The notes under the pieces were generated by a model. That model searched no databases and had not been told where the DNA came from. It saw only the letters and a program-made list of their open reading frames with translations. DNA of 64,000 bases from an uncultured Candidatus Saccharibacteria bacterium (GTDB taxonomy: Bacteria; Patescibacteriota; Dojkabacteria; SC72). Positions within the stretch are counted from its first letter, which is position 1, and every line of letters starts with the position of its first letter. Of this stretch, positions 48,523-59,363 are shown in pieces. The stretch spans positions 11,359 through 75,358 of the forward strand of contig CAYOME010000003.1 of NCBI GenBank assembly GCA_964405015.1, given 5' to 3'. Position numbers and translations under genes: made by a program.

Positions 48523-49194
48523 ATGAAGAAGATAGTTATTGCACCTCCATTCTCAAACGGTTACCAATCTTTACCCTCCTTTATCTTTAGTGAACTATCG
48601 TTTTTTTCGTTTTCAATAGCATGTCTATATGTTGGACTCTTCTACTATGAACCTTTTCAGGAGCAAATCTTTTTAGTACTCTTTGGTCTCGCGTTGTTTA
48701 TCTTTGGGATATGGGCAATATTTATTCGAGCTAAGGTAGGAAAGAATTTAACTGTTATTAATGACTCTGGCTTTAATTTTAAAAACGGTAGACAAAATAT
48801 TGCTTGGGACGATATTGAATACATATTCATGACTTTCGCTTTTAAAAAAGAGCCCGTAGGGGAAGAAGTATATACTGGATACCCATTTCTCTTTCTTAAA
48901 TTGAAGGGTGGATATGTTCATGCAGACCAACATAATAAAGTGGGAAAGTATGAATATCCATATATTGTAGACGATCAATATTTTAAGGATTACATGGGAA
49001 AGGGAAAAGATTTTACAATAGCTATTAATACTGAAAGCATGTCTGAAAAAGATTCAGAAAGATTGATAACTAAATTACCAATAAAGGTTGAACCAGTAAG
49101 ACCAATTATGGAGGTAAAAACGAAGGAGGAATACAACAGAAAGATATATGAATTAGTTGATCCTGAGAAACAAAAAGATTACCTTTTAGAATAG
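48523..49194 (+). CDS. Hypothetical membrane protein (2 TM plus soluble C-terminal domain)
   Basis: Two N-terminal hydrophobic helices. No motif recognised. Confidence 0.35.
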   Translation: MKKIVIAPPFSNGYQSLPSFIFSELSFFSFSIACLYVGLFYYEPFQEQIFLVLFGLALFIFGIWAIFIRAKVGKNLTVINDSGFNFKNGRQNIAWDDIEYIFMTFAFKKEPVGEEVYTGYPFLFLKLKGGYVHADQHNKVGKYEYPYIVDDQYFKDYMGKGKDFTIAINTESMSEKDSERLITKLPIKVEPVRPIMEVKTKEEYNRKIYELVDPEKQKDYLLE

Positions 49195-49242
49195 AAAAAT
49201 GAATTGCAAAAAGGCTTTAACTCTGATATACTTTCACTCGCT

Positions 49243-49878
49243 ATGAAAAAATTAACACTACAAAAAAGAGAAATTACTGGTAAGAAGGTTAGATCTTTAA
49301 GAAGTCATAACCAGATACCTGCAGTAATCTATAATTCTAAAACAGAATCCTTCAATGCTACACTAGAGAGAACAGATGCAGAATGGCTATACAGGCATGC
49401 TACATCCACAACTATTCTTGATGCAGAGTTTGATGGAAGGGAATTTAAATGTTTAGTAAAAGATTTTGATATTCATTCTGTTACAGGAGAGATCAATCAT
49501 ATTTCAATTTTTGAGATTGATGAGAATGCATCAATGGTATTTACTATACCATTCACATTAGTAGGTGTTTCTCCAGCAGTTAAGAATAACTTGGGTATAT
49601 TGGTAAATCCTTTGGATAGTATTGATGTTAGATGTCAGTTAAACAAACTTAAGGCTGAAATTGAGATTGATATTTCAGAGTTAACAGCACCAGGACAAAC
49701 AATTACAGTTGAAGATATTCAATTACCAGAGGGTATGACATTGATTAATGATGATATTAAGACTGCAGCTATTGCAACTATCACTGAGGCTCAAAAGGTT
49801 GAAGATATTGCTCCAGTAGCAGCAGAAGGTACAGAGGTCGCAGAATCTACTGAGAATTCAGAGGAAGCTGAAGAGTAA
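49243..49878 (+). CDS. rplY: 50S ribosomal protein L25 / general stress protein Ctc
   Basis: MKKLTLQKREITGKKVRSLRSHNQIPAVIYN matches the L25 N-terminus. Ctc-type C-terminal extension with acidic tail. Start set at 49243. Confidence 0.75.
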   Translation: MKKLTLQKREITGKKVRSLRSHNQIPAVIYNSKTESFNATLERTDAEWLYRHATSTTILDAEFDGREFKCLVKDFDIHSVTGEINHISIFEIDENASMVFTIPFTLVGVSPAVKNNLGILVNPLDSIDVRCQLNKLKAEIEIDISELTAPGQTITVEDIQLPEGMTLINDDIKTAAIATITEAQKVEDIAPVAAEGTEVAESTENSEEAEE

Positions 49879-49896
49879 TTTTCATTTGATGTTGAA

Positions 49897-49923
49897 AAGG
49901 AGGCATTGCCTCCTTTTTTTTTA
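49897..49923 (+). terminator. Rho-independent terminator after rplY
   Basis: AAGGAGGCA-TTG-CCTCCTT hairpin followed by T11. Confidence 0.55.
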
Positions 49924-49947
49924 TTACCTAAGTAGATATAATCGAGA

Positions 49948-50886
49948 ATGACTACCGTAATAATAACATCTTGGAAAGAACCGCATACCGTAGGGAAATG
50001 CATCAAATGCATTGGTGATACAAGGTATTCAGGTATTACAGATCCATTTGAGATATTACAAATATCACCAGATAAAGAAACATTAGACGCTGGTTTAAAA
50101 GCTGCTAAAGATCTTGGTCTTAACAGTAAGCAGTATATCCAAATACAGGATCCTCAAAAGGGTAAACCATATGCTTTAAAGATGGCAATAGAGAGGGCAA
50201 AGGGAGATATTTTAATATTTACTGATGGTGATACATATTTTGAAAAAGATTCAGTTAAATATTTACTAGAACCATTCAAATATGATGAGATAGGTGGAGT
50301 AAGTGGTAGACCAATATCTGGAGATTCTAAGAGTAATATGATGGGATATTGGGGACATCTACTATCTGATGCTGCACATCACAGAAGAGTTTCAACTATG
50401 TCAGAGAAGAGAGAGAACTTCTTTACAAGCAAGGATACCTTCTTTCCTATGAGTGGTTATATCATGGCGACACGAAGAATAGATTTTGATATACCCAAGA
50501 ATGTACTTTCTGATGATGCATATATTTCATATTCAATTAGAAACAAAGGTCTTCAGATATCGTATGCCCCATTTGCAAAATGTGTTGTTAAATATCCAAC
50601 AAATTTAAAAGACTATTACAAACAGAAAGTAAGATCTTTAGGTGGTTTTATTCAATTAGAAAAGATGGGAGTATTCAAAAAAGATAGACAAAGCAGAAGT
50701 ATATTTATCGAACTAAACTACGTATTCTTTGTATTAAGGTATGCTACTGATCTAAGAGAACTTCTCTGGTCTTTATACCTATTCCCTGTAAGGCTTGTAA
50801 CTTGGATTAAAATATATTGGGAGAGAGTAATCCTTAAAAAGGATATGCCAGAGAGTGGTTGGGAAAGAATAGAGAGTACAAAGTAA
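49948..50886 (+). CDS. Family 2 glycosyltransferase
   Basis: GT-A fold motifs: ILIFTDGDTYFEKDS (DxD) and downstream acidic patch. 312 aa. Confidence 0.65.
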   Translation: MTTVIITSWKEPHTVGKCIKCIGDTRYSGITDPFEILQISPDKETLDAGLKAAKDLGLNSKQYIQIQDPQKGKPYALKMAIERAKGDILIFTDGDTYFEKDSVKYLLEPFKYDEIGGVSGRPISGDSKSNMMGYWGHLLSDAAHHRRVSTMSEKRENFFTSKDTFFPMSGYIMATRRIDFDIPKNVLSDDAYISYSIRNKGLQISYAPFAKCVVKYPTNLKDYYKQKVRSLGGFIQLEKMGVFKKDRQSRSIFIELNYVFFVLRYATDLRELLWSLYLFPVRLVTWIKIYWERVILKKDMPESGWERIESTK

Positions 50887-50891
50887 AAAAA

Positions 50892-50918
50892 AAGGAAGGT
50901 GTTACCCTTCCTTTTCAA
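50892..50918. terminator. Bidirectional terminator between GT2 gene and rpsG
   Basis: A9 - AAGGAAGG - TGTTAC - CCTTCCTT - TTTT. A/T runs on both sides serve both strands. Confidence 0.55.
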
Positions 50919-50937
50919 TTTCACTTAATACAAAGTA

Positions 50938-51405
50938 TTACCATCTAAAATGTGCAAATGCTTTATTTGCTTCTGCCATTCTTTCTACATCGAACTTCTT
51001 CTTTACTGCATCACCTTCTCCATTAAATGCACTTAGTAACTCTGCCTCAAGTAATTTCTCAAAAGACTTACCAGTTTTAGATCTAGCATAGTCTACTAAC
51101 CATCTAACTGATAGTGTCTCTTGTCTCCTAGGACTTACAGGTACAGGTACTTGATAGTTAGCACCACCTACTCTTCTTGATTTGATCTCAAGAGCTGGTC
51201 TGATGTTATCTATTGCAGTATGTAAGAATTCAATAACTGGTGTCTTACTCTTATCAGCACCAGATTCTAAAGCAGTATATACCAATTCTTCAGCAACTGT
51301 TTTTTTACCACCTTGCATTACTTTGTTGATAAGTCTTCCAATGATCTCATCATTGTATTTTCTATCTTTTGATATAACTCTTTTCTTTGCTCTCTTACCT
51401 CTCAT
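50938..51405 (-). CDS. rpsG: 30S ribosomal protein S7
   Basis: 155 aa, MRGKRAKKR..., ...ANKAFAHFRW C-terminus typical of S7. Confidence 0.9.
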   Translation of the reverse strand: MRGKRAKKRVISKDRKYNDEIIGRLINKVMQGGKKTVAEELVYTALESGADKSKTPVIEFLHTAIDNIRPALEIKSRRVGGANYQVPVPVSPRRQETLSVRWLVDYARSKTGKSFEKLLEAELLSAFNGEGDAVKKKFDVERMAEANKAFAHFRW

Positions 51406-51426
51406 TAAATATACTTTAAAATATTA

Positions 51427-51843
51427 TTATTCGTTTTCAGGTCTTTTAGCACCATACTTCGATCTAGCTTTCTGTCTTCCTTTTACTCCTGCAGTATCAT
51501 ACTTACCTCTCACTACGATGTACTTTACACCTGGGAGGTCTCTCTTTCTTCCTGCTTTAAGAAGAACAACAGAGTGCTCTTGAAGATTATGACCCTCTCC
51601 AGGGATGTATGCAGTAACTTCCATTCCATTAGATAACCTTACTCTTGTTACTTTACGTAATGCAGAGTTAGGCTTCTTAGGAGTCATAGTTTTGACTTGC
51701 AAACATACACCTCTCTTAAAAGGATTCTTTGCTTTCTTATATCTATTCTTGAGAGGATTGAAGTTTGTAGCCAGCGCAATATGCGATGTCTTCTTCCTTT
51801 TACTCTCTCTTGGTTTTCTTACTAACTGGTTAATCGTTGGCAT
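51427..51843 (-). CDS. rpsL: 30S ribosomal protein S12
   Basis: [12 protein letters not shown]...[11 protein letters not shown]...VRGG-type blocks, near-universal S12 sequence. Confidence 0.95.
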   Translation of the reverse strand: MPTINQLVRKPRESKRKKTSHIALATNFNPLKNRYKKAKNPFKRGVCLQVKTMTPKKPNSALRKVTRVRLSNGMEVTAYIPGEGHNLQEHSVVLLKAGRKRDLPGVKYIVVRGKYDTAGVKGRQKARSKYGAKRPENE

Positions 51844-51868
51844 GGTTCGTATTATACAACAAAATCAA

Positions 51869-54800
51869 CTAAAATTTAATCTCTTCTAGATTTTTTATTT
51901 CTTCGATCTTAGCGTCTTCTCCAGAAGGGATTCTTCTACCGATTATTACATTCTCTTTCATACCTCTTAAGTAGTCGGTTTTACCTAAGATTGCACTATT
52001 TGTTAAAACTCTTACCTGCTCTTGGAATGACATAGCAGAAAGGAAACTCTCAGTATGTAGTGCTGAAGCTTTAATACCTAATAGCTTTGGAACTACTAAT
52101 GCTTTTCTCTTTTCTTCAGAGAGAAGTATTTCATTCTTTGCTAAAGATATGAAGCGATTTACAAGTGAACCTACTAGGTAATCACTATCACCAGTTTCCA
52201 AGACTTTTCCAAGTCTAGCCATCTGTCTAATGATGATTTCAACGTGAATATCTCCAATAGATACACCTTGCTCATTAAATACTTTCTGTACTTGATCAAG
52301 TATATACTTCTGAGCTCTAAGAATACCTGCAACATCTGCAAGTTTCTTTGGGTCTACAGCTCCTTCGGTAATCTGATCTCCTGCCTTTATTTCATCTCCA
52401 TCGTTTACCAAAATGTTAACATTTGGTAGCACGGTTATTACTTCCTCTGCTTTAATATCTCCAGAGAGTGTTAAGATTCCACCTTCTATCTTTGCAACTG
52501 CATCATATGGTGCTTGCTTTTCCATTTCTTCAGAATCAATGAATATTGCCTGACCACCTTTTACTTGTGCACCATCACTTACTAATACATTCTTTGCATC
52601 AGAGATTATGTAGTCTCTTACAATATTTTTAGATCCAATAATTGTAATAGTTGCAGAATCATCTTCAGCTCTTTCAATATGTACTTGTCCATTGATAGAG
52701 GCAATTTCTGCTTCTGCCTTTGGAGATCTAGCTTCAAAGAGTTCTTCAATTCTTGGTAAACCTTGAGTAATGTCTGTTGCTTGTACACCACCCTTGTGGA
52801 ATGTCTGCATAGTCATTTGTGTACCTGGTTCACCAATAGATTGAGCTGCAATTACTCCAACTGCTTTACCCATATCTATCTCTTTACTGTTTTCTAGATT
52901 TAGACCGTAACACTTCTTACATATACCCATAGGTGCTTTACAAAGGATTGGTGTTCTTACTGCGACCTCATCTATTCCATCAGCATCAATCTTTTCAGAT
53001 ACTTCTCTTGTAATATATTCTCCCTTTTTTACTAAGACTTCACCCTTAGAATCTGTAATATCCTTTGAAACAACTCTTCCAAAGATTCTTTGTACATATT
53101 CTAACCTTCTATCATCACTTCTCTTAATTGTAATACCTTCTCCTTCATATCCACAATCATCGAATCTTACGATTACATCATGAGCAACATCAACTAACTT
53201 TCTAGTTAAGTATCCTGAAGATGAAGTTCTAAGAGATCTATCTGCGATACCTTTTCTACCACCATTTGCAGCTACAAAGTATTCAAATGCACTTAAACCG
53301 TCACGGTAGTTTCCTTTAATTGGAAGTGGTACCCAGTTACCTCTAGAGTCTCTAACAACACCCTTAATGGTAAGTACCTGTCTTGCCTGAATCTTTCCAC
53401 CATTAGCTTTAGATTCAACCATTTCATATACTGAGTTGTTCTTGTCTAATGTCTTCCATGCTTCTTCTGCAATATCATTTGCAAAATCATTCCACATCTC
53501 AGTAGAAAGATTAATCTTTTCTTTCTCTGTGATTAAACCTTGTAAGTAGTTCTCTTGTAATTGAAGATCTTTCTCTTCCATTGCTTTAATACCAGTTTGT
53601 ACATCGAAATCGACATCACAATCTTCGATAGCGAATGAGAATCCTAAATCTGTAGCATAGTTGAAACCCATTAACTTAAGATTATCAAGAAGTTCTACTA
53701 CTACGTCTAATGGATATTTGTCCTTAATTTCTTCTACAATATCGGAGATAGTTCCACCACTTACTCTCTCATTTACAAACTTGTATCCCTTTGGAAGAGC
53801 TCTATTAAAGATACATCTTCCTGCAGAAGTTTTTACTACCTCTCCACCAATATTTACTAATATCATTTCATCTATAGCCATGAGATCTCTTTCGTATGCC
53901 TTTACTGCAAGATCTGCAGATGCAAACATTCTAGGATTTTCTACTTCATTCATATCAGTCATTAGGTAGAAACCGATTAACATATCCTTTGCAGGAGTAG
54001 CTAATACTTGTCCGTTTGATATGTTTACAATATTTTTAGAAGCCATAACGTCTCTCTTTGCTTCCTCAAGAGCTTCTTTTGTAAGAAGTACGTGAACAGA
54101 CATTTGGTCTCCATCGAAGTCAGCATTAAATGCTTTACATACCAATGGGTGTAACCTAATTGCTTCACCTTCTACAAGTCTTGGGAAGAATCCTTGAATA
54201 CTATACTTGTGTAATGTTGGTGCACGGTTAAGTAATACTGGTTTTCCATCAATTACAGTTTCAAGAAGGTCCCAGATTACTTCCTGCTCTTCTTCTATCA
54301 TATCTTTTGCAATTCTTACATTTGGAGCGATCTCTTTTTCCAAAAGTTGATTTATTACAAAAGGTTTAAACATTTCTAATGCTATTGATTTTGGCAAACC
54401 ACATTGATCTAATTTCAAACTTGGATCTCCTACAATTACTGCACGACCAGAGTAGTCTACACGTTTACCAAGAAGATTCTTTCTGAAGATACCTTTCTTA
54501 CCTCTTAGATCATCTGTTAATGACTGGTAAGGCAACCTCTTGTTGTTCATCATTGGCTTGGATGGTCTGTGAGAGTTATCGATAACTGCATCTACAGACT
54601 CTTGAAGCATTCTCTTCTCATTTCTAAGAATTACATCAGGTGCTCCAATCTCTATTAATCTTGCTAAACGATTATTTCTGTTAATGATTCTTCTATACAA
54701 ATCATTTAGATCAGATGTAGCAAATTTACCTCCTGATAGAGGGATGATAGGTCTTAGATCTGGTGGAAGCACTGGTAATATATCAATAACCATCCAACTT

Positions 54801-55750
54801 GGATCTAATTTGTTTAGCTTGAATCCTTCTAAATATTGAATCCTTCTAATAGTAGAAGCTTTCTTCTCACCCTTTTCTTTCTTAGCTTGTCTTCTTAAAT
54901 CCTTAAGCTCCTTCTCTATATCTAAATTCTCGAGAAGTTTCTTAACTGCTTCTGCACCCATCATCGCATTAAAGAAGAGTAATCCTCTATCATCCAAATC
55001 AATATATTCATCTTCTGTTAATACAGAACCTACTTCTACTTTCTCCACTACTTGTTGTAATTTTGCATAGAAAGCATCTAACTCTTCTTGTTTTTCTGCA
55101 TATTCTCTTCTAATCTTTGCAAGAGTTTGCTTCTTTTTATGATCTAACTGACTTACTTTAAAATCTGAAGTCTCCTTCGCTTTCTTAAGATCCTTTAAAT
55201 CTTTATCAAACATCTCTGATGTTACTTTCAACTCCTCATCAAGTTCAGTTTGTAATCCTTCAATATCAGATTTTCTTAATTCTTCAACTTTAACGAGAAT
55301 ATCTTTTCTTTTCTCTACATCTAACTCTACTACCATGTATCTTGTGTAATAGATTACAGAGAGAAGTTTTTTGTGAGACATATTCAAGACAATGGACATT
55401 TTGTTAGGAATACCATATGCAAACCATACGTGTGCAACAGGTACAGCTAACTTAAGATGACCCATCCTTTCTCTTCTTACGTCTTTTGTTGTTACTTCAA
55501 CACCACATTTATCACAAACTATTCCCTTGTATCTGATCTTTTTGTACTTACCACAGTAACATTCATAGTTTTTAGTAGGACCAAATATCTTCTCACAGAA
55601 AAGACCATCTGGTTCAGCTCTGAATGTTCTATAGTTAATGGTTTCAGCTTTTGTTACCTCACCATATGACCAATCTAAGACTTGCTCAGGAGAAGCCAAT
55701 GTTAGTTTTAGAGCATCAAAATTTTCAAATATATTTCTTTTGTTATTCAT
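51869..55750 (-). CDS. rpoC: DNA-directed RNA polymerase subunit beta'
   Basis: 1293 aa. Zinc-binding CYCGKYK...CDKCGVEV, the catalytic NADFDGDQM motif and a Gly-rich bridge-helix region. Confidence 0.95.
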   Translation of the reverse strand: MNNKRNIFENFDALKLTLASPEQVLDWSYGEVTKAETINYRTFRAEPDGLFCEKIFGPTKNYECYCGKYKKIRYKGIVCDKCGVEVTTKDVRRERMGHLKLAVPVAHVWFAYGIPNKMSIVLNMSHKKLLSVIYYTRYMVVELDVEKRKDILVKVEELRKSDIEGLQTELDEELKVTSEMFDKDLKDLKKAKETSDFKVSQLDHKKKQTLAKIRREYAEKQEELDAFYAKLQQVVEKVEVGSVLTEDEYIDLDDRGLLFFNAMMGAEAVKKLLENLDIEKELKDLRRQAKKEKGEKKASTIRRIQYLEGFKLNKLDPSWMVIDILPVLPPDLRPIIPLSGGKFATSDLNDLYRRIINRNNRLARLIEIGAPDVILRNEKRMLQESVDAVIDNSHRPSKPMMNNKRLPYQSLTDDLRGKKGIFRKNLLGKRVDYSGRAVIVGDPSLKLDQCGLPKSIALEMFKPFVINQLLEKEIAPNVRIAKDMIEEEQEVIWDLLETVIDGKPVLLNRAPTLHKYSIQGFFPRLVEGEAIRLHPLVCKAFNADFDGDQMSVHVLLTKEALEEAKRDVMASKNIVNISNGQVLATPAKDMLIGFYLMTDMNEVENPRMFASADLAVKAYERDLMAIDEMILVNIGGEVVKTSAGRCIFNRALPKGYKFVNERVSGGTISDIVEEIKDKYPLDVVVELLDNLKLMGFNYATDLGFSFAIEDCDVDFDVQTGIKAMEEKDLQLQENYLQGLITEKEKINLSTEMWNDFANDIAEEAWKTLDKNNSVYEMVESKANGGKIQARQVLTIKGVVRDSRGNWVPLPIKGNYRDGLSAFEYFVAANGGRKGIADRSLRTSSSGYLTRKLVDVAHDVIVRFDDCGYEGEGITIKRSDDRRLEYVQRIFGRVVSKDITDSKGEVLVKKGEYITREVSEKIDADGIDEVAVRTPILCKAPMGICKKCYGLNLENSKEIDMGKAVGVIAAQSIGEPGTQMTMQTFHKGGVQATDITQGLPRIEELFEARSPKAEAEIASINGQVHIERAEDDSATITIIGSKNIVRDYIISDAKNVLVSDGAQVKGGQAIFIDSEEMEKQAPYDAVAKIEGGILTLSGDIKAEEVITVLPNVNILVNDGDEIKAGDQITEGAVDPKKLADVAGILRAQKYILDQVQKVFNEQGVSIGDIHVEIIIRQMARLGKVLETGDSDYLVGSLVNRFISLAKNEILLSEEKRKALVVPKLLGIKASALHTESFLSAMSFQEQVRVLTNSAILGKTDYLRGMKENVIIGRRIPSGEDAKIEEIKNLEEIKF

Positions 55751-58700
55751 TATTCTACGACCTCCTCTGAGTTCTTAGAAATTAATTCCATATTTAGACA
55801 TAGAGCATTTAGTTCCTTTATCAATACTTTAAATGATTCAGGTACATTTACACTCTCAATCTTTTCACCGTGGATGATAGCTTTGTAAGCACTTGATCTA
55901 CCTTTTACATCATCCGATTTAATAGTTAGCATCTCTTGTAAGGCATATGGTGCTCCATGAGCTTCAAGTGCCCAGACTTCCATTTCTCCAAATCTTTGAC
56001 CACCTCTTTGTGCTTTACCACCTAAAGGTTGTTGTGTAACAGCAGTGTATGGTCCAGTAGATCTAGCATGTACTTTCTCATCAGCAATGTGATGTAACTT
56101 GAGTACATATTTAATACCTACAGTTACCTTACGTGGGAACTTCTTACCAGTTCTACCATCGTAAAGATCAACTTTCTGCTCCATCTTGAAACCTTTCTTT
56201 TCCATTTCCTTCTCTAACCATTGCATATTTACACCTTCAAACAATGGGAATGAGAATTTCTCATTAAGAAGTTTTGCGTACAATCCGAAATGTACCTCTT
56301 CTGCCTGACCCATGTTCATACGTTTTAGGAATGTTGGAGTCAATACAATATCTACAGGTTCTCCATCTTGAGTAAATGGCATATCTTCAATAGGTCTAAT
56401 AGCTGCAACAGTATTTTTGTCTCCGTGTCTACCAGATATTTTATCTCCATATCCTAACTTCTTAGTATCTGCAACCCAGACCTTTACTTCTTCTAATACT
56501 CCAGGAGGTAATTTGTCTCCCTTTTCAACTGAAAGTCTTTGACTATGAATTACAATACCCTCCTCACCGTGTGGCAATCTCAAAGAGTTATCTCTTACAT
56601 CACTTGCAGATTCTCCAAAGATTGCTCTAAGAAGTCTCTCCTCAGCAGTAAGTTCTTTTTCTCCACGAGGTGCAATTACACCGACAAGTATATCTCCTGC
56701 TTTAACTTTCATTCCCTCTCTAATGATTCCTGCCATATCTAATTTCTGTAATATTCTGTCATTTACATGAGGAATATCAGCAGTAATTACTTCAGGACCT
56801 AACTCTGTATCTCTTACCTCTACCTTATGCTCTCTTACATGAACGGATGTAAGCAAATCATCTCTTACTACTCTTTCAGAGATAACTACAGCATCTTCAT
56901 AGTTGTAACCTTCGTAGAACATTAAAGCTGCTCTTAAGTTTGTACCAATTGCTAATTCACCATTAACAGTTGTAGGACCATCTACTAGGACATCACCTTT
57001 TACAAACTTCTGACCTTCAGAAACTGCTGGTTTTTGTGTAAAGGATGTATTGTCATTAGATCTGTAGAAGCTTACTAGTTTGTAATCCTTTATACCTTCT
57101 TTCTTGTATTTTACAGATACTCTACCTGCATCAACATATACAACCTCTCCATCTTCATGAGCAAATATACTCCAGTTAGACTGTCTAGCAACAATTTCTT
57201 CTACACCTGTACCTACCAATGGAGCTTCTTGTTTTACCAAAGGAACTCCCTGTCTCTGCATATTTGCACCAGCAAGGGCTCTCATAGCGTCATCATGTGA
57301 TACAAATGGAATCAATGCCATACCTAAACCTGCTTGTTGGTACGTTAATACGTCAACATGTGATACAAGATTTACATCTTCTAGTACAAAGTCACCTTCA
57401 TGTCTTACAGGTACCAATGCTTCTGTAATATTGTTGAAATCATCTGTTTGAATTGAGGAAATACTGATATATTTACCTTCTTCATCTAAAGCATCAAAGT
57501 AATCAACATCTTCAGAAATGAAAGGTGTAACTTTAACACTCTTCATATTCTTCTGAGCTTCAATCTTCTCTGCAATTTCTTTTGTAATCAATGTTCCCTT
57601 CTTACCAATACCTGCAATATCTTCATCTAATATTCTGTTTAAAAGATCTCCCTTCTTGTTAGGAACTTCTCTCAATACTCTTCTGTATGGTGATTCTAAG
57701 AATCCATACTCATTAATTCTTGCCAATATTGCTAATTGAGTAACAACACCAATATTTGCACTTTCTGGACTGGTTACAGGGTCAAACTTTGCATACTGTG
57801 AGTTATGAACCTCACGAATTGAGAATGTTGCCCTATCCTTAACAATACCTCCAGGACCTGCTGCAGTAACTTTTCTCTTGTTTTCAAGTTCAGCCAATAT
57901 GTTTGTCTGATCCATGAATGTAGAGAGTTGGTTTGCTCCGAAGAAAGATTGAATGGAAGCTGCAATTGGTTTAGTACCAACTAACATAGATGGTGTAACC
58001 TTCGCATCTTGACCATACAAACTCATTTTGTCTTTAATATTCTTTTCTAATCTTCTAATACCTGCAAGTAACTGCCTCTCTAATACCTCACCTACACTTC
58101 TTATTCTTCTATTACAAAGGTGATCAATATCATCTGGAGCTTGTGCACCATTGTTGATCTTTATCAAAGACTTAACAATTCTAATTACATCATCAGGGTA
58201 AAGAACTGCTTCATCAGGATTATTTACATCATATGATGTACCTAATTTTCTGTTTAATTGATATCTACCGATCTTTCCTAAATCAAATTTTCTCTTACTA
58301 AAGAAGTTACTCTTAATATATTTTTCAGCACTTTCTAAAGTAACAGACTCATCTGGTCTTAGTTTGTTGTAAATACTGATAATGGCATCCTCTTTACTCT
58401 TAGTAAAGTCTCTAGCCAATGTAGCTTCTATATATTTGTATTCCTCGCTAGTGTCTACATCTTTGAAAAGCTTTAATATCTCCTCATCACTCTCATATCC
58501 TAATACTCTTAGGAACTCAGTAATCAAAACTCTTGGTCTTTTAGGAAGTATACGCATAGAGATGACATTGTATTTGTTTACCTCTATCTCATACCAAGGA
58601 CCTCTACCAGGCATAAGTCTAGCCTTGTAAAGAGTTCTGTAAGGTAATGCATCTGCCTCTTCAAAAAGAACACCCTCAGCTCTCACAATTTGATGAGTAA

Positions 58701-59097
58701 CTACTCTTCTAACACCGTTAACAACAAAAGCCCCATCATCAGTCATCATGGGTAAATCAGCAACAAAAATCTCCTGCTCTTTTATCTCACCTGTTTTGTT
58801 ATTAAGAAGTTGTACAGTAGCATATACTGGGAGTTCATATGAGAGACCTTTTGCAACAGCCTCCTCTATTCCTCTATATGGTTCTCCATATCTAAAAGAT
58901 TTAAATTCAAGAGTCCACATTCGTTCCATTGTATCCTTAACAGGATTAATTTCTTCGAATAGTCTCTTAAACCCATTCTCATAGAAATCTTTAAAGGAGG
59001 TTTTCTGAGCTTCTATCAGACTAGGAATCTCAAATGAAGAAGAGTATCCCTTACCTAGGTTAATTCTGGAAGCCTTATTGCGCTTGGGTTCTACCAT
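55750..59097 (-). CDS. rpoB: DNA-directed RNA polymerase subunit beta
   Basis: 1115 aa with conserved beta blocks (GRHGNKGV-type region KISGRHGDKNTV, EMEVWALEA). Stop overlaps the rpoC start. Confidence 0.95.
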   Translation of the reverse strand: MVEPKRNKASRINLGKGYSSSFEIPSLIEAQKTSFKDFYENGFKRLFEEINPVKDTMERMWTLEFKSFRYGEPYRGIEEAVAKGLSYELPVYATVQLLNNKTGEIKEQEIFVADLPMMTDDGAFVVNGVRRVVTHQIVRAEGVLFEEADALPYRTLYKARLMPGRGPWYEIEVNKYNVISMRILPKRPRVLITEFLRVLGYESDEEILKLFKDVDTSEEYKYIEATLARDFTKSKEDAIISIYNKLRPDESVTLESAEKYIKSNFFSKRKFDLGKIGRYQLNRKLGTSYDVNNPDEAVLYPDDVIRIVKSLIKINNGAQAPDDIDHLCNRRIRSVGEVLERQLLAGIRRLEKNIKDKMSLYGQDAKVTPSMLVGTKPIAASIQSFFGANQLSTFMDQTNILAELENKRKVTAAGPGGIVKDRATFSIREVHNSQYAKFDPVTSPESANIGVVTQLAILARINEYGFLESPYRRVLREVPNKKGDLLNRILDEDIAGIGKKGTLITKEIAEKIEAQKNMKSVKVTPFISEDVDYFDALDEEGKYISISSIQTDDFNNITEALVPVRHEGDFVLEDVNLVSHVDVLTYQQAGLGMALIPFVSHDDAMRALAGANMQRQGVPLVKQEAPLVGTGVEEIVARQSNWSIFAHEDGEVVYVDAGRVSVKYKKEGIKDYKLVSFYRSNDNTSFTQKPAVSEGQKFVKGDVLVDGPTTVNGELAIGTNLRAALMFYEGYNYEDAVVISERVVRDDLLTSVHVREHKVEVRDTELGPEVITADIPHVNDRILQKLDMAGIIREGMKVKAGDILVGVIAPRGEKELTAEERLLRAIFGESASDVRDNSLRLPHGEEGIVIHSQRLSVEKGDKLPPGVLEEVKVWVADTKKLGYGDKISGRHGDKNTVAAIRPIEDMPFTQDGEPVDIVLTPTFLKRMNMGQAEEVHFGLYAKLLNEKFSFPLFEGVNMQWLEKEMEKKGFKMEQKVDLYDGRTGKKFPRKVTVGIKYVLKLHHIADEKVHARSTGPYTAVTQQPLGGKAQRGGQRFGEMEVWALEAHGAPYALQEMLTIKSDDVKGRSSAYKAIIHGEKIESVNVPESFKVLIKELNALCLNMELISKNSEEVVE

Positions 59098-59266
59098 AGG
59101 ACAATTATTTATAGGTTATAAATTACATGCATGCACGCCAGGGGTATGTAAAACCATTCTAGAAATGGTCACCAATATTGAAAATAACCCCATATTTAAA
59201 AGCAAAATTAGTAACTCTGGGGAGTTTAGCATATTTGTGTAATATAGTCAAAGGATTTTTGGCACT

Positions 59267-59295
59267 TTGCATTGTTAGTATACTAAGGATAATAT
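59267..59295 (+). promoter_or_regulatory. Candidate sigma70-like promoter for ftsK in the 266-nt divergent intergenic region
   Basis: TTGCAT - 17 nt - TAATAT, 69 nt upstream of the ftsK ATG. Weak match. The rpoB promoter must lie on the other strand of the same region. Confidence 0.25.
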
Positions 59296-59363
59296 ATTAC
59301 TGGAAAAACTTTGTCAAAAAAGATATATTCCACTATTATATATATATCTAACCATTCACTAAA

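Noticed and set aside
51182-58984. Numerous 60-135-aa antisense or alternate-frame ORFs within rpsG, rpsL, rpoC and rpoB
   Set aside because: They are embedded in highly conserved coding sequence on the other strand or frame. They are artefacts of long stop-free stretches in AT-rich DNA.
59098-59363. Possible tRNA or other small RNA in the 266-nt rpoB/ftsK intergenic region
   Set aside because: No cloverleaf-compatible segments (no GG...TTCRA T-arm pattern), very AT-rich, and no conserved RNase P or tmRNA motifs. Best interpreted as a divergent promoter region.
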